Shown here piece after piece: positions 57,802 through 64,000 of a stretch of DNA of 64,000 nucleotides. The DNA comes from an uncultured Methylomirabilota bacterium (GTDB lineage Bacteria > Methylomirabilota > Methylomirabilia > Methylomirabilales > 2-02-FULL-66-22). Below the pieces are notes generated by a model that was not told the origin of the DNA, made no database searches, and worked only from the letters and a program-made list of their open reading frames with translations. The DNA lies in contig OY970067.1 in NCBI GenBank assembly GCA_963705305.1, positions 3,008,001 through 3,072,000 on the forward strand, given 5' to 3'. Every line of letters begins with the position of its first letter. Position 1 is the first letter of the stretch. Both the position numbers and the translations under genes were made by a program.

Positions 57802-58953
57802 TCACACCGCGACGCGTCGGCCGGTGCGGGCGGCCCGGACCAGGGCATCGCACAGCACGGCATTGACGTACCCGTCATGGAAATCGGCGGCCAAGGGGGC
57901 CACCGTCCCCTGGCCGGCGAGGGCCTGGGCCAGATGGGCAAGCTGGTGAACAAAGGTGTGCTCCCACCCCAGGATGTGTCCCGGGGGCCACCATCTCCCC
58001 CCGTAGGGATGGTCACCGTCGGTGACCAGGACGGTCTTGAAGCCGCGGTCCTTTCGCCTCTTCGGCTCGGCCCGGAAGACCTCCAGCTCGTTCAGGCGCT
58101 CCAGGTTGAACCCCAGGCTGCCCCTGGTGCCGTTGATTTCCATTGTCAGGTAGTTCTTCCGGCCGAGGCAGAAGGTCGAGACCTCCAGTGTTCCCACCGC
58201 GCCGCTCCGGAACTCCAGGACCCCCTCGTACAGGTCCTCGACATCCACCGCCCTCGTTCGGCGGGACCCCGGCCGGATGGGCCGGCGAGGCACGACGATG
58301 CGCGAGAGGCCGGCCACGCTCTTCAATTCCCCCGCCAGAAAGCGCCCCAGGTCCAGGACGTGGGAGGCGATGTCGCCCACGGCCCCGCTTCCCGCTCGCC
58401 GCTTTTCCTGCCGCCAGGTATGGGGCACGGTCGGGTCGCTCAACGAGTCGTCGGTGTAGCGGGTCCGGAAGTGGATGATCTCGCCCAGGTCCCCGGCCTG
58501 GATCATCTCGCGCGCCAGCCGAATGGCGGGGACGAAGCGGTAGTTGTAGCTGACCTGGTGGTGGATCCGGGCGCGGCGCGCGCCGTCCCGCATCCGGCGC
58601 GCCTCGCCGGGGGTTCGGGCCAGCGGCTTCTCGCAGAGGAGGTGCTTGCCCTCGGCCGCCGCGGCCAGGCAAGGCTCTGCATGGGCGTCGTTGGGGGCGC
58701 AGTTGATGAACAAGCCGATGCGAGAATCGTCCGCGAGGCGCCGCCAGTCCGCGGTCCCGTACTCGAATCCGTAGCGGCGCGCCGCATCCTCCACGGCGGG
58801 TAGGGTCCGGCCGGAGATCCCGATCAGGCGGAAGCGCACCGGGCCGGGCCAGAAGATATAGGAGACTTTCTTGAGGGCGTTGAGATGGGCTCTCGCCACG
58901 CCCGCATAGCCGAGCACCCCCACGCCGATGGTCAAGGGGGATCGGATCGGCAT
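57802..58953 (-). CDS. Gfo/Idh/MocA oxidoreductase (Lgo/IolG-like subgroup)
   Basis: GVLGYAGVARAH, CEKPLA, YNYRFVPA, GAVGDIASH, WWPPGHILGWEHTF. Confidence 0.92.
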   Translation of the reverse strand: MPIRSPLTIGVGVLGYAGVARAHLNALKKVSYIFWPGPVRFRLIGISGRTLPAVEDAARRYGFEYGTADWRRLADDSRIGLFINCAPNDAHAEPCLAAAAEGKHLLCEKPLARTPGEARRMRDGARRARIHHQVSYNYRFVPAIRLAREMIQAGDLGEIIHFRTRYTDDSLSDPTVPHTWRQEKRRAGSGAVGDIASHVLDLGRFLAGELKSVAGLSRIVVPRRPIRPGSRRTRAVDVEDLYEGVLEFRSGAVGTLEVSTFCLGRKNYLTMEINGTRGSLGFNLERLNELEVFRAEPKRRKDRGFKTVLVTDGDHPYGGRWWPPGHILGWEHTFVHQLAHLAQALAGQGTVAPLAADFHDGYVNAVLCDALVRAARTGRRVAV

Positions 58954-59067
58954 CACCGCCTCCGCGACCGCCGCCCGGCGGATCGGCCCCCACGGGCCCG
59001 ACCGGACGGCAGAGCATACGGCCGTCGGCGGCCGGCACGCCCAAAGGGCTCTGGAGCCGGCACCGGA

Positions 59068-60147
59068 TCACACAAGCGGTCGCTTAAGAGCCTGGAAGAT
59101 CTTGTGCAAGAGCGCGACGTCCCCCTTGGCCTCCTCCGGCGTCGTCAGGGGCGTCTTCCTCTCGTGCACGCACTCGGCGAAGTGGATCAACTCCTCCTTG
59201 AAGGCTTCCTTCATGGAGGCCACCACCCGCTTCTCGAACGGCTTGCCGTCCTCCATGCCCTCCACGATGACCGGCGTGGGCACGTTCCGGAAGAAGGGGG
59301 AGGGGAAGACCAGCCGGATCCGATCCGCCTTGCCGTAGTAGGCGACCGTCTCCTCGTAGTTCGCCAGGTCGGGGAGGTACTGCAGGCTGATGACGGCGCG
59401 GACGCCGGAGGCGTAGCGCAGGCAGGTGAGCATCCCCTCGCCGCCGTGCCAGACGTCGGTGAAGAGGACCTCCTCCGGATCGCCCGACAGGCCCCGCAGC
59501 ACGTTGATGTCGTGCACCATGGTGGACAGGAGGTTGTTGGCGAAGACCCGCCGCTCCAGGGGGGTGAACTCGCCGATGGCCTCCCGGATCAGGGAGTCCT
59601 GGTCGGCCCGCAGGCGCGCCTGGACGTCGGCCGGCACGTCGGGGAACCGGCGGAGATCATGGTGGCCGGTCTGGTTCGCCTCCGACGGGTGCAGGATGGT
59701 GATGTGGATGGTTTGCAGGTTCTTCAAGGATCGAACCAGCGGCAGGGCATAGCGAAAGCCGGGATCGTGCCGCTTCATGTAGGCCACCATGCAGGTGGTC
59801 CCGGCCCGCTGGTGGGCCGCCAGGATCGCATCCGCCTCCCGCAGCGTGAAGCACATCGGCTTTTCGGTAAAGACGTGCTTCCCCGCCCGGAGGGCGTCCA
59901 GGATTACCTGCCCGTGGGAGTCGGCGCTCAAGACCAGGACCGCGTCCAGCGGCTGCTTGAGAAGGTCGCGGTAGTCGAGCTGCCGGCTGCCGACGCCGTA
60001 GTGGTCCGCCACGTGCTTGAGGGTGCCGGGCGAGACGTCGCACAGCGCCGCCAGCTCGTACAGCTCGTGCAGCTCTCTGAGATGGGGCAGGTGCATCATC
60101 TGCCCGATGAGCCCGCACCCGATGACCCCGACACGAATTCGGCTCAT
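59068..60147 (-). CDS. Gfo/Idh/MocA oxidoreductase
   Basis: VGVIGCG, HLP, HVFTEKPM, YMKRHDP, VHDIN. Confidence 0.92.
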   Translation of the reverse strand: MSRIRVGVIGCGLIGQMMHLPHLRELHELYELAALCDVSPGTLKHVADHYGVGSRQLDYRDLLKQPLDAVLVLSADSHGQVILDALRAGKHVFTEKPMCFTLREADAILAAHQRAGTTCMVAYMKRHDPGFRYALPLVRSLKNLQTIHITILHPSEANQTGHHDLRRFPDVPADVQARLRADQDSLIREAIGEFTPLERRVFANNLLSTMVHDINVLRGLSGDPEEVLFTDVWHGGEGMLTCLRYASGVRAVISLQYLPDLANYEETVAYYGKADRIRLVFPSPFFRNVPTPVIVEGMEDGKPFEKRVVASMKEAFKEELIHFAECVHERKTPLTTPEEAKGDVALLHKIFQALKRPLV

Positions 60148-60216
60148 GCTCCTCTCCTTTTCACCTGGCATCCCCGGATCGGCTCGGGCGTCCGCGCCTG
60201 CCGCCCGGACGCGTCT

Positions 60217-61527
60217 TCAGGCCAGGGCCTGATCGAGGTTGGTGAAGACGCGCTGGACGGCCTCCACATACTTCTGCATCAGCGTGAGGGGCTGCGGGAA
60301 CAACGGGTACGAGTGAGACCCGATCACCAGCGAGTCCTCCAGCAGCTTGAGTGTTTCCGGGTATTCGGCCAGATCGTATTTGACCGTCTCGCCCAGCGGG
60401 CACTGCCAGGGGCAGCCGAGGCCGTAGCCGGTCTGCTCCTGGAACAGGGTCTGGCCGGGGACGGGCACCGTCTGCCACAGGCTTACCTCGACCCCCTCGG
60501 CCTTGAGGGCCGCCAGGATTTTCAGGCGGAACTGCGCGGCCGGCATCTGCACCCCGGCGGCCCGGGGGTCCAGCCGCAGCCGGTACTGGTAGAAGCTGGA
60601 GGTGCAGTCCGAGGGAATGAAGGGCGGAGCGATCCCCAGGACCTTGCCCAGGTGCTCGCTGAGGTAGACGGCGTTTCGGCGCGTCTGCTCCAGCGAGGCG
60701 TCCAGCCGGCGGAGCTGGCTCCGGCAGAGCGCCGCGCTCATTTCGTTCGTGCGGTACATCCACCCCATCATCAGGGAGTTGTACTCGCGCACGCCATCCA
60801 GCGGCCGGGAGGGGTCGTAGGCCCGCTTGTCGCTCTCCCGGACATCCTCGCCGAACATGCGGAACCGGTTGGCTCGCTCCTTGAAGTCCTCCCGGTTGGT
60901 CACGAACATGCCTCCCTCGCCGGCGGGCAGGTTCTTGCTGGCCTGAAACGAGAAGATGCCCATATCGCCGATGCCGCCGACCTTCTTTCCCTTGTAGGTG
61001 GCGCCGTGGGCCTGGGCTGCGTCCTCGATCACCAGGAGGTGGTGCTTCCGGGCGATGGCCAGGATCGGGTCCATGTCCGCGGGGCACCCATGGATATGGA
61101 CCGGGATGATGGCGCGGGTGCGCGCCGTGATGCGCTCCTCGATCTTCCGGGGGTCGATGTTGTAGGTGCGCGGGTCGATGTCCACGAACACGGGCACGGC
61201 GTTGTTCTGCAGCACCGCCAGGGCCGTGGCCAGGAAGGTGAAGGCGGTGGTGATGACCTGATCGCCCGTGCCGATGCCCCCCGCCGCCACGGCGGTATGG
61301 AGGGCCGCGGTTCCGCTGTTGGTGGCGAGGGCGTGGCGGACGCCGCAGTAGCGCGCCCACTCTTCCTCCAGGGCTTTCACCTGAGGGGCGTAGGGCCCCG
61401 AGACGACCCCAGCGTCCAGGGCGGCCTGGACTGCGGCCTTATCCTCGGCCGTGATCACGGGCCAGCGACAATGCTGCTCCCTCGGGACGACGGGAGTCCC
61501 CCCTCGAATGGCCAGAGTCTCGCTCAT
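60217..61527 (-). CDS. DegT/DnrJ/EryC1/StrS PLP aminotransferase
   Basis: LAIRGGTPV, NSGTAAL, PVHIHG, IEDAAQAHGA, FSFQASKNL..GEGG (PLP Lys). Confidence 0.95.
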   Translation of the reverse strand: MSETLAIRGGTPVVPREQHCRWPVITAEDKAAVQAALDAGVVSGPYAPQVKALEEEWARYCGVRHALATNSGTAALHTAVAAGGIGTGDQVITTAFTFLATALAVLQNNAVPVFVDIDPRTYNIDPRKIEERITARTRAIIPVHIHGCPADMDPILAIARKHHLLVIEDAAQAHGATYKGKKVGGIGDMGIFSFQASKNLPAGEGGMFVTNREDFKERANRFRMFGEDVRESDKRAYDPSRPLDGVREYNSLMMGWMYRTNEMSAALCRSQLRRLDASLEQTRRNAVYLSEHLGKVLGIAPPFIPSDCTSSFYQYRLRLDPRAAGVQMPAAQFRLKILAALKAEGVEVSLWQTVPVPGQTLFQEQTGYGLGCPWQCPLGETVKYDLAEYPETLKLLEDSLVIGSHSYPLFPQPLTLMQKYVEAVQRVFTNLDQALA

Positions 61528-62612
61528 GGGATGCTCCTTTTGTGTCGACGGGGTGGGGAGGCGGAGCCGGCGGCGGCGCCGCAGGACGAGCGGATCACCA
61601 GCGTGTGGGCCACGACGGTCGTGGAGTAGACATGGCGCTCGCCCTCGTCCATCTGGGCCATCGCCTTCCGCACCGCCAGTCGCCCCATCTCTTCCTTGGG
61701 AACCGCCACGGTCGTCAGGGGCGGAACGGTGTGGGCGGCGTACTCGATATCGTCGTAGCCGACAAGTGCCATCTCCTGGGGGATGCGCAGCCCGCACTCG
61801 GCCACGGCACGCAGCGCGCCGATGGCCATGTCGTCGTTGGTGAAGATCGCGGTGGGGCGGCGCGGGCGCTTGAGCAGAACCTCGGCGGCCTCGTAGCCTC
61901 CCCGAGGGTGCAGCGGGGCCTCCAGGATGAGGGCCTTCTGCAGCGGAATCCCGGCCTCGCTCAGCGCGCGCCGGTAGCCCGTGAGGAGCGCCTGCGAGAA
62001 CGGGTGTCGCGCCGGTCCGCGGACGAGCGCGATGTCCCTGTGGCCGAGGGTGATGAGGTGGCGGGTGGCCTCGTAGGCGCCCTGGCTGTCCTCGCAGACC
62101 ACGGCGTCCATGTCCCGGGTGGGCGGTCGCATATCTACCAGCACCAGGGAAAATCCGTTTGCGCGCAGCTGGTGCACGAGGCGCGGCCGCACCTTTCCCA
62201 CCAGGATGATCCAGCGTGTCATCATATCCCGGATCATCTTGGGGTGATCCAGCTCCTCGGCGGATTGACCCAGGCCGTAGCCGAAGAGGAGCGGGCAGTC
62301 GAAGCGCCGGGCCTCGTCGGCGATTCCCTGGATGATCCCGGCGAAGTAGCTGTGGGAGGTGACCACCTCCCGGCTGAAGATGGCCCCCAGGATGCGGTTG
62401 CCCGCATCCGCGGACCGGGCGCCGCCAGCCAGGAAGCGGGCCGCCGGATTGGGGAGATAGCCCAGGCGCCGGACGGCGCCGAGGACCCTGCGCCGGCTGG
62501 CTTCGCCCACGTCCGGGCGGCCGCGCACGACCCGGGAGACGGTCATGATTGACAGCCCGGTGTGTTTTGCGATATCTCTCAGCGTGACCGGCGGCGGCGA
62601 GCGTCTTGGCAT
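61524..62612 (-). CDS. LacI-family transcriptional regulator
   Basis: TLRDIAKHTGLSIMTVSRV, LGYLPN..AR, LGHRDIA, VGYDD, PPLTTV. Confidence 0.95.
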   Translation of the reverse strand: MPRRSPPPVTLRDIAKHTGLSIMTVSRVVRGRPDVGEASRRRVLGAVRRLGYLPNPAARFLAGGARSADAGNRILGAIFSREVVTSHSYFAGIIQGIADEARRFDCPLLFGYGLGQSAEELDHPKMIRDMMTRWIILVGKVRPRLVHQLRANGFSLVLVDMRPPTRDMDAVVCEDSQGAYEATRHLITLGHRDIALVRGPARHPFSQALLTGYRRALSEAGIPLQKALILEAPLHPRGGYEAAEVLLKRPRRPTAIFTNDDMAIGALRAVAECGLRIPQEMALVGYDDIEYAAHTVPPLTTVAVPKEEMGRLAVRKAMAQMDEGERHVYSTTVVAHTLVIRSSCGAAAGSASPPRRHKRSIP

Positions 62613-62631
62613 GTCTCGGACCGCTAAAAAT

Positions 62632-62645
62632 TGTTAGCGCTAACA
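62632..62645. promoter_or_regulatory. LacI-family operator
   Basis: Perfect palindrome TGTTAGCGCTAACA (central GCGC) 20 bp upstream of the LacI start; minus-strand TTGACA at 62677-62682. Confidence 0.85.
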
Positions 62646-62707
62646 GTAAGATTCTTGTAGGCTAGGCGCCCTTGCTTGTCAAGGAGTTTCCTGGAGGGTT
62701 GGAACGC

Positions 62708-63565
62708 ATGCCTGCACGGCCGCTCCCCGCGCTGGCGCTCCCGAAACGTCATCGTCTCATGCTTGCCGAGGCCGTCACGGCGGCGGCGGAGGCCGGCGCG
62801 CTGATGCGGCGGCAATTCCGGACGCGGCTGCCGGTGCGGATGAAGGGGCCGACAGACGTGGTCACCGCCACCGACGAAGCATGCCAGGCGCTGATCGTGC
62901 GGCGGCTGCGCCGGCGGTTCCCGGACCATGGGATCCTTGCCGAAGAGGGGCTGGATGATCGGCCCACGGCCGAGTGGCGCTGGATCCTGGACCCGCTGGA
63001 CGGGACCAAGAACTTTGCGCGGGGCCACCCCGTCTTCTGTGTCTCCATTGCCGCCGAGCATCGCGGGCGGGTGGAGCTGGGAGTGGTGCACGATCCGATC
63101 CACGGCGAGACCTTTACGGCCGTGCGGGGGCAGGGGGCCTGGTGCAACGGGCGGTCCGTCCGCGTCTCTCGCGTGGCCGCGCTGGACCGGGCCTTTCTGG
63201 GGACGGGGCTGCCACACCGGATCCGGCGCTTTGGCGGCTCGGTGGTCCTGACCTTCGGCCGGTTCGCGGTGCGCTCGCTGGGGGTTCGAGACCGAGGGGC
63301 AGGGGCCCTGGACCTCTGCTACGTGGCTTGCGGACGCCTCGATGGCTATTGGGAGCTGGATCAATCCCCCTGGGACATCGCTGCGGGGGCCCTGATCGTC
63401 GAGGAGGCGGGGGGCCGCATGTCGAATTTTGGCGGGGGCCCCTTCGATATCTTCGGCGGGGAGACGGTGGCCAGCAACGGGCGGATCCACGGGGAGATGC
63501 TGGCGATCCTGGCCATGCGCGGCGGCCGGCCGAGACGGTACGCCCCACCACTTCTCCGCGTGTGA
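62708..63565 (+). CDS. suhB: Inositol monophosphatase (SuhB-like)
   Basis: DVVTATD, ILAEE, WILDPLDGTKNF, GAGALDLCYVACGR.DGYWE, PWDIAAG. Confidence 0.9.
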   Translation: MPARPLPALALPKRHRLMLAEAVTAAAEAGALMRRQFRTRLPVRMKGPTDVVTATDEACQALIVRRLRRRFPDHGILAEEGLDDRPTAEWRWILDPLDGTKNFARGHPVFCVSIAAEHRGRVELGVVHDPIHGETFTAVRGQGAWCNGRSVRVSRVAALDRAFLGTGLPHRIRRFGGSVVLTFGRFAVRSLGVRDRGAGALDLCYVACGRLDGYWELDQSPWDIAAGALIVEEAGGRMSNFGGGPFDIFGGETVASNGRIHGEMLAILAMRGGRPRRYAPPLLRV

Positions 63566-63676
63566 GAGCGCCATAGGCAGCGGAAGGCGTTCATGGGCTC
63601 AAGGCCTCCCGGGCTTCCGAGCGTTCTTCTCATCTGGTCACGGCTGCTTGTGAAAGCGGAAAGATAGGGAATGCAC

Positions 63677-64000
63677 ATGACTCGCGATGAGCTCTCCCCA
63701 CTGCTGGACCACTCGGCTCTCCGGCCCGAGGCCACCGAGGCGGAGATCCTGGCGGGGGCCGAGGTGGTGCGGGAGTGGAAGATCGGCTTCTACTGCGTGC
63801 AGCCCTGCTACGTGGGCCTGGCCGCCTACGCCCTGCGCGACTCCGGGGCACGGGTCGTATCGGTTGTCGGCTTCCCGCACGGCTGCGAGCGATCCACGGT
63901 GATGGTCCGGGCCGCCGAGCTGGCGGTGCGGGACGGGGCTGCCGAGGTGGACATGGTCATGAACGTCGGCCGGCTGAAGTCTGGGCGCAATCAAGCGGTC
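63677..64000 (+). CDS. deoC: Deoxyribose-phosphate aldolase, N-terminal part (runs off window end)
   Basis: Own translation: MTRDELSPLLDHSALRPEAT...CVQPCYV...VVGFPHG...GAAEVDMVMNVGRLKSG. Confidence 0.9.
   Translation, partial: MTRDELSPLLDHSALRPEATEAEILAGAEVVREWKIGFYCVQPCYVGLAAYALRDSGARVVSVVGFPHGCERSTVMVRAAELAVRDGAAEVDMVMNVGRLKSGRNQAV

Overview
GC-rich bacterial chromosomal window made up mostly of metabolic and transport genes; the taxon cannot be fixed from the sequence alone. From the start: a partial NtrC-like response regulator, uvrC, and tRNA-Val(CAC) followed by a ~5 kb integrase-less island bounded by a duplicated tRNA 3' half. The island carries a VOC protein, a lipoprotein, an MFS transporter, a tRNA-Asn-derived att remnant and a truncated IS481-like transposase. 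Next come DUF1464, a D-Ala-D-Ala carboxypeptidase, a cis-prenyltransferase, a 150-bp MITE, squalene-hopene cyclase, DUF445 and YoaK. A catabolic cluster follows: AOR-family oxidoreductase, Zn-dehydrogenase, LIV-type ABC transporter, two-subunit aconitase X, a C_GCAxxG_C_C protein with an in-frame TGA plus SECIS-like hairpin (probable selenoprotein, truncated in the ORF track), RidA and a UxaE-like protein, then purN. A minus-strand kdp locus has two unannotated small membrane peptides, kdpABC, kdpDE and a second two-component pair. After it lie a Zn-ribbon/HNH protein, an intact IS1380-family element whose ends match the MITE, and an RND pump pair. The window ends with a LacI-controlled probable amino-sugar/aminocyclitol uptake-catabolism operon and divergent suhB-like and deoC genes. 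The best novelty candidates are the selenoprotein-containing AcnX/AOR cluster, the aminocyclitol-like operon, and the IS1380/MITE pair. All family assignments rest on motif recognition, not database searches.
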